Shown in pieces: positions 1 to 6,844 of a stretch of 31,179 bases of DNA. This DNA is from a virus (lineage: Duplodnaviria > Caudoviricetes). Each line of letters begins with the position of its first letter. Positions within the stretch are counted from its first letter, which is position 1. The stretch covers positions 1 through 31,179 of IMG/VR virus record IMGVR_UViG_3300024179_000011; one strand, 5' to 3'. The translations under genes were made by a program, and so were the position numbers. The notes beneath the pieces are model-generated. The model did not search any database. It saw only the letters and a program-made list of their open reading frames with translations, and had not been told where the DNA came from.

Positions 1-2
1 GC

Positions 3-1418
3 GAGTGCGGCGATCATTCGGCTGGCGGTTTTCCAGTAGGCGACGACACCAGGCTTCTCTGATCGATAAAGATCGCGCGCCTCAAGGCCCTGCGAGGGTG
101 TAATGTGGACGGGAATGGTGGCCCGCGCAGCCGCGCGCACAATTGAATCTCCACCAGCACCGAAGCCGCACTGTAACCTCATCACTTTGCCGAATTGGCG
201 CTCCTCTTTGTTTTCTCTGGTCACGGCGAAGCCGTAGAAGCGACTGGCCAGGCCGACGTAAGGATCACCGCCGCGCCGAAATTCTTCGATTCCTTCAGTC
301 TCCCCTGCCACCATCTCCAGGATACGACACTCGATCTGCGACTTGTCGGCCTTTACGATCTTGTGACCGGCGGGAGCTCTAGCTCCCTTGCGGAGATCCG
401 ATCCTCGCTTGAGATTCTGCCAATTAACTTTATCTCCACCTCCCCATCGGGTCGTGTGTGCTGCGCAATAGCTGAGATAGACAGGCATTGGCCCGCGGGA
501 AGCCATAAAGCCAAGACGTTCAGCCCGTGTCTGGTCAAGAGTAGATTTGAGCCCAAGTCGCGCTTCGGCGAGTGTTCGGATGCGTTCATCATCGTGCTCC
601 AGCAGGTCGACCATGAAATCGTCAGTCTTGGCGAAGGCGGGAATTGGGCCGTTCTTGCCAGGCTTGTACTCAACCTCGACACCTTCAGCCTCCAGCAGCC
701 TGATGAAGGCTTCGTTCGAGCCGAGCAGTTTGGGCAACGTGGCGACATCAACCTGCAATTCATTCGCGAGCGCGACCAGCAGTGCCTTCTTGCGTTCGTT
801 CTCGAACACCCACACCTTGCCGAACATCTCGGGGTCACCGATCAGCTGGGGTTCGGTGAACATTTTGACGGTCATCGAAATGATTTCGTATTCCTCTTGC
901 GGGAAAGGCGTTTCGTTCGAGCGCGCCAGCCGATTGAAGATGTCCCATGTCAGCACCACGTCGTGCAAGCAGCCAGCGCCCAGTTCTGCGCGCAACGCCG
1001 GATCGATCTCGGCCCAGCGCTTGCCCTTGAACTTGTCGTAAGGCACGTTCTTGGCGTCCAGGTGGAAGTGCTCGGCGAGGTTCGCCAGCGACACCGATAG
1101 ATGATTCCCAATCATCAGCCGCGCCATCGAGAGCGTATCCAGCCACATCTTCGGCTTGATGCTGTAGTGGTGCGAGAGGATCAAGCCGTCAAAGTGTGCA
1201 TGATGGGCAAGGACGGCGGTGTTTGACCAGTCGACCTCGCCAAGCGCTTGCGCGATACCATCTTCAGCATACCAGCGCGCACCACGCCAATCAGCCCATC
1301 TAATGCCAACACCCAACGCCTCGAAACGCGGATCGCGGACATACGCCTCCGTCGTCATCTTCTTCAGCGTATAGTCGTCGCTGAAGAACGTCTCGAAGTC
1401 GAGGGTGAGGATGTTCAT
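3..1418 (-). CDS. Phage DNA polymerase, family A, with N-terminal 3'-5' exonuclease (partial, runs off left edge)
   Basis: Missing from the ORF track; translated by hand from ATG 1418 (ATGA overlap with upstream ORF): MNILTLDFETF (ExoI), AHHAHFDGLIL (ExoII), GCLHDV (ExoIII), HTTRWGGGDKVNWQNL, motif A ADKSQIECRIL, motif B RQFGKVMRLQCGFGAG. Confidence 0.93.
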   Translation of the reverse strand, partial: MNILTLDFETFFSDDYTLKKMTTEAYVRDPRFEALGVGIRWADWRGARWYAEDGIAQALGEVDWSNTAVLAHHAHFDGLILSHHYSIKPKMWLDTLSMARLMIGNHLSVSLANLAEHFHLDAKNVPYDKFKGKRWAEIDPALRAELGAGCLHDVVLTWDIFNRLARSNETPFPQEEYEIISMTVKMFTEPQLIGDPEMFGKVWVFENERKKALLVALANELQVDVATLPKLLGSNEAFIRLLEAEGVEVEYKPGKNGPIPAFAKTDDFMVDLLEHDDERIRTLAEARLGLKSTLDQTRAERLGFMASRGPMPVYLSYCAAHTTRWGGGDKVNWQNLKRGSDLRKGARAPAGHKIVKADKSQIECRILEMVAGETEGIEEFRRGGDPYVGLASRFYGFAVTRENKEERQFGKVMRLQCGFGAGGDSIVRAAARATIPVHITPSQGLEARDLYRSEKPGVVAYWKTASRMIAAL

Positions 1419-1879
1419 TTGCAACTCGTTAAAGGAAGTTTGTCCTCAACCGCACGGGCAATCAGTGCAGCGATTGTGAGCGCGAGCGCCGGATGCGTAG
1501 TGCCGTAAGCGGTCGGGGCACCGGTATCGTCCCAATCGTGTGCAATCCACCAGACGATGGCCCGGCATCCGATCCCTTGCTTGAGTTCCCAAAGATAGTG
1601 GCTGCGCATCAGCGTCAGAGATGCATCAACCGAAGACGTGAAGGCCGGAAGTGGATAGCCTCCGTTATATGGACAGCGGCCGTCTGCGGTAAATTTCTCG
1701 AATACGACCGAGCCTTGCCAGATATCCCAAGCCATGCCCTCCTTGTGATCTAGTCCACGGCGGTGCACGCGGATTGTCTTGGTAAGCTCGCTATCAGGGT
1801 ATGCAGCGACATAGATTTCGAGATCCAATTCGCGGCTCGGCTCCGTCGACTGCTGTAGCTTCTTTATGAGTTCGAGCAT
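1415..1879 (-). CDS. Hypothetical phage protein
   Basis: 154 aa, AAGGA RBS, stop overlaps the polymerase ATG; SRELD..I and P.FTSSVDASLTL pattern resembles small early phage proteins. Confidence 0.8.
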   Translation of the reverse strand: MLELIKKLQQSTEPSRELDLEIYVAAYPDSELTKTIRVHRRGLDHKEGMAWDIWQGSVVFEKFTADGRCPYNGGYPLPAFTSSVDASLTLMRSHYLWELKQGIGCRAIVWWIAHDWDDTGAPTAYGTTHPALALTIAALIARAVEDKLPLTSCK

Positions 1880-1904
1880 GGGTTTCCTTAAGTGGTGTGA
1901 ACTA

Positions 1905-2285
1905 TTAATCGTGGTCGCGTTTTGCAGAAGTTAACGCCGTTCTCGCGTCTCGCACGATGGCCTCAATCTGTGGGTTCTTGAAATACGGAATATCGGACAC
2001 GCGCCGGAGAACTTCCTGCGCGCTCACAAGCTGGGCGCGGAGGCTGGCGTTGTCGTCCCTTAGCCTGTCTGCTGTCGCGCGCTCAATGTTGAGCAATTCA
2101 ACTGATACAAATCCCTCCGCGATCTTGGCGCATTCCTCGGCAAGGTAGGCAGGGGGAGCGCGCAATCTCTCGATCTCTTGTGCGGCGTCCTCCATGGTCC
2201 TTATGGCGTCGTTTAAGCTGGTTAGCATAACAAAACGGAGACGATGAACGATGTCGTCCTCCGGTTTCTGCATCGTGGCGCGCAT
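1905..2285 (-). CDS. Hypothetical protein (DIVxRLR...AAxEIERLR type)
   Basis: DDIVHRLR and DAAQEIERLR pattern is common in small early phage proteins; start is 2285 or 2273. Confidence 0.7.
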   Translation of the reverse strand: MRATMQKPEDDIVHRLRFVMLTSLNDAIRTMEDAAQEIERLRAPPAYLAEECAKIAEGFVSVELLNIERATADRLRDDNASLRAQLVSAQEVLRRVSDIPYFKNPQIEAIVRDARTALTSAKRDHD

Positions 2286-2290
2286 AAAAC

Positions 2291-2434
2291 CTACCCCCAC
2301 ACCCACCAGTAAACACCCCTGATGAGCTCGCTGACCCACCAGGGGTTTCGAATCTCCAGGAACAGGAAGACCACGATCGCCCACGACAGGATGGCGAGCA
2401 GGGCGATGAGGAGAGCTTTCTGCAAGGGGGTCAT
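2291..2434 (-). CDS. Small membrane protein, 47 aa
   Basis: MTPLQKALLIALLAILSWAIVVFLFLEIRNPWWVSELIRGVYWWVWG; ATGA overlap with upstream ORF. Confidence 0.65.
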   Translation of the reverse strand: MTPLQKALLIALLAILSWAIVVFLFLEIRNPWWVSELIRGVYWWVWG

Positions 2435-2616
2435 CGGGCTGCCTCTATAGCAGCCATGATGGAGCGCGGAGGCTCGCCATCAACCACTTTCTTGATGCTA
2501 AAGATCACATCGCCAAAGCTTTTGTGCTCTTTAGCAAAAGCCCGCGCCTCGCGCAGTGTTGGGAAAATACGTTCCCACGCCGGCATCGTTTCGCCGTAAA
2601 CAACCCGGTAGCTCAT
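2431..2616 (-). CDS. Hypothetical protein, 61 aa
   Basis: MSYRVVYGETMPAWERIFPTLREARAFAK...; GGAG RBS and ATGA overlaps on both sides. Confidence 0.7.
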   Translation of the reverse strand: MSYRVVYGETMPAWERIFPTLREARAFAKEHKSFGDVIFSIKKVVDGEPPRSIMAAIEAAR

Positions 2617-2798
2617 GGTCGTTTCTCCATCTTCAACAGGTTCAACTCGGTGTTGGCCTCGTCGGGCAGGTAGCCAAGGATGAACAGCGAGCGCAGATAG
2701 GTGTTGTCGAGGATCTCGCCACGACGCCAGTGCTGATCCAGCCTCCACTTCGTTTCGGCTCGGCATGCCACTCGTTCGGGGTCGCTGAAGTGGGTCAT
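2613..2798 (-). CDS. Hypothetical protein, 61 aa
   Basis: In ORF track; ATGA overlaps on both sides. Confidence 0.7.
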   Translation of the reverse strand: MTHFSDPERVACRAETKWRLDQHWRRGEILDNTYLRSLFILGYLPDEANTELNLLKMEKRP

Positions 2799-2908
2799 TC
2801 GTCTTCATCCACCCGGAGTGCCGCGAGCATGATAACCAGAGCACCTAAACCTGCCATACCGGCAAGAGTGAGCAGCGTCAGCGCGATCGATATGGCAAAA
2901 TTGGTCAT
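2795..2908 (-). CDS. Single-TM microprotein, 37 aa
   Basis: MTNFAISIALTLLTLAGMAGLGALVIMLAALRVDEDE; ATGA overlaps on both sides. Confidence 0.6.
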   Translation of the reverse strand: MTNFAISIALTLLTLAGMAGLGALVIMLAALRVDEDE

Positions 2909-2985
2909 CCGAACACCCACCAGAACGGCTGGCCAAGACCGTACACCAGCCCCATGAGAATCAACACGTCCTCGGCGAGGATCAT
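2905..2985 (-). CDS. Hydrophobic microprotein, 26 aa
   Basis: MILAEDVLILMGLVYGLGQPFWWVFG; GAGG upstream and ATGA overlaps on both sides. Confidence 0.5.
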   Translation of the reverse strand: MILAEDVLILMGLVYGLGQPFWWVFG

Positions 2986-3095
2986 CCTCGTCCCCACGGC
3001 AGGCGGAACGACTTTATCCACGCCCACAAGACTCCGCGCAAAGTCAGAGGCGGAAGCGGCTTGCCGGTCGTCGTTCTGTTCATTGGGAAACTCAT
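2982..3095 (-). CDS. Microprotein, 37 aa
   Basis: MSFPMNRTTTGKPLPPLTLRGVLWAWIKSFRLPWGRG; ATGA overlaps on both sides. Confidence 0.5.
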   Translation of the reverse strand: MSFPMNRTTTGKPLPPLTLRGVLWAWIKSFRLPWGRG

Positions 3096-3403
3096 GGCTT
3101 CACCCGTCCAAGCAATTCGAGAATCTGTTCGTGCTGCGTCTCGGTGAGGCCGATTTCGTCCGCCATGCCAAAGACGTCAAAACGGGCGAGCATCAATTCG
3201 CGCATATCCTCGCGACCCTTGGTTTCGCCTTCCTCGCGCTCAAATGCCTTGATATCTGCCAGCTCGACCGCGTCCATTGGCGAAACGATTTCATCGATCA
3301 TGTCGACCAGGAGCGGCTGGCGCGGGGTGAACGGCTGCGCCACCACGATGTCGCGGAGCTGGGCCGCGAAGTCCTCAAGGGACATTTTCGAATAGGCGCG
3401 CAT
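3092..3403 (-). CDS. Hypothetical acidic protein, 103 aa
   Basis: In ORF track; AAGGGGAAC RBS-like motif before ATG. Confidence 0.75.
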   Translation of the reverse strand: MRAYSKMSLEDFAAQLRDIVVAQPFTPRQPLLVDMIDEIVSPMDAVELADIKAFEREEGETKGREDMRELMLARFDVFGMADEIGLTETQHEQILELLGRVKP

Positions 3404-3414
3404 GTCGTTCCCCT

Positions 3415-3465
3415 TTAGCCATGAGTGCCGGGGCTTTCCGCCTTGGCGGTCCCCGGCGATTTCAT
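3415..3465 (-). CDS. Possible 16-aa leader peptide MKSPGTAKAESPGTHG
   Basis: AGGAGA RBS 7 nt before ATG; the ORF lies almost entirely inside a hairpin (3419-3467). Confidence 0.3.
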   Translation of the reverse strand: MKSPGTAKAESPGTHG

Positions 3466-3507
3466 GGTCGTTCTCCTGCGTTCACCCAAGTGGTAGTTCG
3501 CCTGCGA

Positions 3508-3551
3508 AGCGTCTCACGCTGTCCCAAATATCGCAAGTATTATTTGGGACA
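3508..3551 (-). promoter_or_regulatory. Leftward promoter with palindromic operator
   Basis: Perfect 11-bp inverted repeat TGTCCCAAATA-N10-TATTTGGGACA (3520-3551) straddles a TTGCGA-N17-GACGCT promoter-like element (3536-3508). Confidence 0.55.
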
Positions 3552-3716
3552 TTTTGTTGCGTTGTTTATTTTCCAACCGAAATACCACCACGTCTGCCCT
3601 TTGGCGATTGTCTCAGTTGCGCCACACGAACAAAAATACTTGCGCTCGTCCGAAGTGTCGCAACACAGAACGGCTCGTTTTTTGCAAAATATGCAAAAGC
3701 GATTGATCTGTTCCAT
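3540..3716 (-). CDS. Small Cys-rich (zinc-ribbon-like) protein, 58 aa
   Basis: MEQINRFCIFCKKRAVLCCDTSDERKYFCSCGATETIAKGQTWWYFGWKINNATKCPK; AAGGGAAC/AGGA upstream; CxxC...CxC. Confidence 0.55.
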   Translation of the reverse strand: MEQINRFCIFCKKRAVLCCDTSDERKYFCSCGATETIAKGQTWWYFGWKINNATKCPK

Positions 3717-3732
3717 TGTCCTGTTCCCTTTT

Positions 3733-3825
3733 CTAGAGTGCCACGGCGATCATGGCGCCGATCGCCACGAACGTCAGCACGAGGTGGATGGTTTCCGTCA
3801 AGTCCAGCCAAAGGAAGCGTTTCAT
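3733..3825 (-). CDS. Single-TM microprotein, 30 aa
   Basis: MKRFLWLDLTETIHLVLTFVAIGAMIAVAL; GAGGAGG RBS, ATGA overlap. Confidence 0.6.
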   Translation of the reverse strand: MKRFLWLDLTETIHLVLTFVAIGAMIAVAL

Positions 3826-3980
3826 GCCACGTCCTCCTCGGTATCCAGCACATCCCTCACGCGGTAGCCCGCCGCGCGCAGCAGGATCGCGATCGACGCC
3901 AGCATATCGACCGTCCATTTCCGGCCATCCAGCAGCTCCTGGATGCCCGTGAGGACGCCTTCCGGTGTGAGTGTGGTCAT
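3822..3980 (-). CDS. Hypothetical protein, 52 aa
   Basis: MTTLTPEGVLTGIQELLDGRKWTVDMLASIAILLRAAGYRVRDVLDTEEDVA; AAGGGGAAC upstream. Confidence 0.7.
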   Translation of the reverse strand: MTTLTPEGVLTGIQELLDGRKWTVDMLASIAILLRAAGYRVRDVLDTEEDVA

Positions 3981-4004
3981 TCGTGTTCCCCTTCGATGAG
4001 TTGG

Positions 4005-4223
4005 TCAGATGTGGACGAATACGCAGTCCGGGTGCGTCGCGCGGAGCTCCTGCGCATACCGGCGAACGGCACTTTCACAGACGTGTTCACCCCGGATCTC
4101 GTAACGAGCCACGAACAGCCGATCCAGATCCGGCAACGGCAGCTGGAACCAGCGCAAGCCATTCGGTCCCACACGATCCCAAACCGGATCATTTTTGTAG
4201 ATTTCGATCGACATGGTTTGCAT
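4005..4223 (-). CDS. Hypothetical protein, 72 aa, directly downstream of the hammerhead ribozyme
   Basis: In ORF track; AAGGGGAAC RBS-like motif. Confidence 0.7.
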   Translation of the reverse strand: MQTMSIEIYKNDPVWDRVGPNGLRWFQLPLPDLDRLFVARYEIRGEHVCESAVRRYAQELRATHPDCVFVHI

Positions 4224-4242
4224 CTCTTGTTCCCCTTCATTT

Positions 4243-4298
4243 GGCCATCTTCAGGCACCGCTTGACGGTGCGACCTGGCGAAAGGCCAGGTTTCGGCC
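4243..4298 (-). ncRNA. Hammerhead ribozyme, type II
   Basis: Minus strand: GGCC-GAAA-CCUGGC(cuuuc)GCCAGG-UC^-GCACCG(ucaag)CGGUGC-CUGAAGA-U-GGCC. Complete catalytic core, perfect 6-bp stems I and III, 4-bp open stem II, GUC cleavage triplet (cut between 4272 and 4271). Confidence 0.9.
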
Positions 4299-4595
4299 TT
4301 AGAGTCCGATCGAATGCGGCGTACCAAAAACAGAGCATGCCGAATTGCGCGTGCCTTGACCGCACTGGTCAAACGGTTTGACTGCCAAGTTCCAACGATA
4401 GAGGTATTCGGCCGCGGCTGCCTCTTCTATGGTTTTACCGTAGAAGAGGCGAAGCGCCAGCCGTTCCGTGGTGCCCATGCCAGGAACACGGCGCCGCATA
4501 CCGTCGGCACACCACGAATCGAACAAATCAAAAGCCGCGTTTGCATCGTTCTTATGGAGCGGCCATGCCGCGCGCAGATCAGTCAGTATCGACAT
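4299..4595 (-). CDS. Hypothetical protein, 98 aa
   Basis: In ORF track; AAGGAG RBS; stop codon abuts the ribozyme. Confidence 0.65.
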   Translation of the reverse strand: MSILTDLRAAWPLHKNDANAAFDLFDSWCADGMRRRVPGMGTTERLALRLFYGKTIEEAAAAEYLYRWNLAVKPFDQCGQGTRNSACSVFGTPHSIGL

Positions 4596-4597
4596 GT

Positions 4598-5233
4598 TCA
4601 GGACTCCTTGTTTGAAGGCAGGATGAGGTTGTCGAGCTCGCCAATCGGCGGAACGGCGAAGTCGGACGGCGGCGAGGTGTCGCGCGGAGCTGGTGTGTCA
4701 TCCAGCAGGCGCGCGTTGTGGGCGCGATTTTCGAGTTCTTGAGCGGTGGGTGGCGGTGGTTCGAGGTGGCCCATGTGGACGAGATAGGCGTCCGCGTCCT
4801 TCAATGTGATGCCACGGTCGAGCATGAGGGCGCGGGCTTGGTCGACCGTCGGTTCGATATAGGTCTCCAGGTCAGCCACGGTGGCTGCCGGATTGATCTG
4901 CGCCCACTGCGCGGTGCTGCAGAGCCTGGAGAACGGCGAGAACGCGCCAGCCCACCATTTCGGGTGCGAGAGCCGGCGCACATGCTGACCTAAATCATTG
5001 CGCCGGTACAGCGTTGGATGTGTGCGGTCGGTAATAATCTTGCTCGCGTTCTTTTTCTGGACCGGCGCGGCCATGTTGACGGCCGAAAGCCGCTGTTCGA
5101 TATCCACCGGGAGTGGGTGGATGCCTTTCTCCCACTTGATTATGGCTTGGCGAGACACACCAAGCAGGTCTCCCAGCTCAGCTTGTGTAAGGGCGTTCTG
5201 CTTGCGCAAAACGATGAAAGCGACGCGATCCAT
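4598..5233 (-). CDS. XRE-family helix-turn-helix protein with uncharacterised C-terminal region
   Basis: LRKQNALTQAELGDLLGVSRQAIIKWEKG is a typical XRE/HTH_3 motif; start at 5233 (TGATG coupling, GGAG RBS). Confidence 0.8.
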   Translation of the reverse strand: MDRVAFIVLRKQNALTQAELGDLLGVSRQAIIKWEKGIHPLPVDIEQRLSAVNMAAPVQKKNASKIITDRTHPTLYRRNDLGQHVRRLSHPKWWAGAFSPFSRLCSTAQWAQINPAATVADLETYIEPTVDQARALMLDRGITLKDADAYLVHMGHLEPPPPTAQELENRAHNARLLDDTPAPRDTSPPSDFAVPPIGELDNLILPSNKES

Positions 5234-5937
5234 CAGAGCACTCCCCATTGTTCGGCCATGGCATCGGCGATGCCCGGCAAGGTGCGAGAACGTTCCTTCC
5301 ACCGGTTGGGACCGGGTGAAGCGTAGTGGCATTTCGGTTCCGGCCGCGATCCTTTCGGCAACGCTGTTGCCGCCCGAAACGATTCGTAAGTCGGCCATGT
5401 CGGGACGAGGCGCGGAACGTTGATCAGTTCCAGCCCCGTGGCTTTGGTCTCATTGTGCCCGAACATCCATGGCTGGATGAATTGCCGGGGTTGCGCGCGG
5501 CGCGTGAGCGCTTCCGCATAGGGATGCATTCGCGGGTTCTCGATAACGATCCGGGCAATTGGCGCATGCGCCAAGCGATTGTAGTGTGCACAATCGCGGT
5601 ACATCGCCTTCCAGCGCGCGGGATCGCGGCCATTGGCCTTGCGACCACCCTTGTACAGCCACCTGAGGCCCGCGTTGGTCAGATTGGTGCACTCCGGGTG
5701 GAAGATCGCCAGATCGAAGCCGGCATCCATCAGCCCGCCGGCGTCAGCAAAGATGAAATCCATGATGTCGCCTTGGTAGTGGGTGCCGATGGCGCGAATC
5801 GCTCCGTAATCGCCAGTGCCCCACGTTCTGCAGCCATCGTCCGCCGGCAACAGGTCGACCGACACTGCGAAGTGGCCACGCGCTGCGAAGGCGCGGCGGA
5901 TGACACCGGAGCTCTCTTGACCAATCAGGACGCGCAT
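5233..5937 (-). CDS. Phage C5 DNA cytosine methyltransferase-like protein
   Basis: MRVLIGQESSGVIRRAF (motif I-like), SVDLLP, HPECT (catalytic Cys), IENP (motif VI), QPWMFGH, RSRTLPGIADAMAEQWG; AGGAG RBS. Confidence 0.8.
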   Translation of the reverse strand: MRVLIGQESSGVIRRAFAARGHFAVSVDLLPADDGCRTWGTGDYGAIRAIGTHYQGDIMDFIFADAGGLMDAGFDLAIFHPECTNLTNAGLRWLYKGGRKANGRDPARWKAMYRDCAHYNRLAHAPIARIVIENPRMHPYAEALTRRAQPRQFIQPWMFGHNETKATGLELINVPRLVPTWPTYESFRAATALPKGSRPEPKCHYASPGPNRWKERSRTLPGIADAMAEQWGVL

Positions 5938-6119
5938 TGCGGATACTCCTGCGCAACATAATTGCGCGCTTCGGCTGTGAGATTGCCATGTTTCAGCATC
6001 GCGCGTGCCATTGCGGCTTTTGCGTCTGCCTTTTTGGTCTTGGAAAATGTAAGTCTGACGTCTTCGAGGGATTGCGTTCTGCGCGCTGAAGCGCGACCGT
6101 TTGTAAGGCTGACATCCAT
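5925..6119 (-). CDS. Hypothetical basic protein, 64 aa (first early gene)
   Basis: CAGGAG RBS before ATG 6119; lies downstream of a leftward promoter. Confidence 0.6.
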   Translation of the reverse strand: MDVSLTNGRASARRTQSLEDVRLTFSKTKKADAKAAMARAMLKHGNLTAEARNYVAQEYPQCAS

Positions 6120-6660
6120 CTGGTTTGCTCCTGAAGGTGACATGAAGTAAGCTACTTTCGCTTACAATGTCAGCCAAAGTGAGCTGACATTGGCTGACAT
6201 TGTAAGGGTGCGATGTAAGCCGTCAAGGCCGTTTTGACCCACAATTTTGCATAGGTAAGCCTGCGAGCCATGCTAGCATTGCATGACATTGCTAGCATTG
6301 CGCAGTGCAGCAAGTACATGGGAATATTGATGAAATCGAAAAGCGTTCCAGCTTCGTTCTAAAGTATTAGTATTTTGAAAAGGATACCCCTAATTTGAAA
6401 AAGGGTGTGTAAGCCGAGTCAGCTTACACAACATTTTGGCTATAGGGTATCCTTTTTCAAAATAATACTACTACTTCCTTACATTGACTTACATTATTCA
6501 AGTTATGCCTGTGGTTGGCTGGTTGAATGCTAGCAATGTAAGCTTACAATGTAAGGTTGACCCCGCTAGCATTGTTCCATTGGCTGGTTGGCGCTGGCGC
6601 GCGGCATGTCAGCCTCGGCCAGCTGGTTGGTGAGCGCGACGGGACAAATGTAAGCCACAG
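6047..6660. repeat. Iteron/palindrome-rich region at the strand switch; candidate replication origin or control region
   Basis: 13 TGTAAG/CTTACA hexamers in both orientations, repeated GCTGACAT and GCTAGCA(TTG), and an AT-rich nested inverted repeat at 6362-6476. Confidence 0.7.
6149..6177 (-). promoter_or_regulatory. Leftward (early) sigma70-like promoter
   Basis: TTGGCT-N17-TAGCTT on the minus strand, overlapped by one arm of a perfect 16-bp inverted repeat (6161-6176/6191-6206). Confidence 0.5.
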
Positions 6661-6844
6661 CATGCCAGGCGCAGGAGGGTAACAATGTTGCGCGAAACTT
6701 TATTGCGTGGGTCATAATGTTTCAAACTCGGGGAACGAACCAGGGACGGGGTTTTTTAGATTTTTTTATGCTCCGTGAAAAATTGTTGATGTACTTTTCG
6801 AATTTTAAATGATTTAATACTTCACGCATTCCCCGGAGCGCAAA

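Noticed and set aside
195-1100. 301-aa plus-strand ORF
   Set aside because: Antisense shadow of the DNA polymerase, which has clear motifs on the minus strand.
5234-6177. Upstream extensions of the XRE (to 5398) and MTase (to 6177) ORFs in the track
   Set aside because: They overlap neighbouring genes; better starts with RBS or coupling are at 5233 and 5937.
6047-6660. CRISPR array
   Set aside because: Repeats are 6-16 nt, irregularly spaced and in both orientations; no cas genes.
6800-6822. CtrA box upstream of endonuclease VII
   Set aside because: TTAA-N5-TTAA does not match the TTAA-N7-TTAA spacing.
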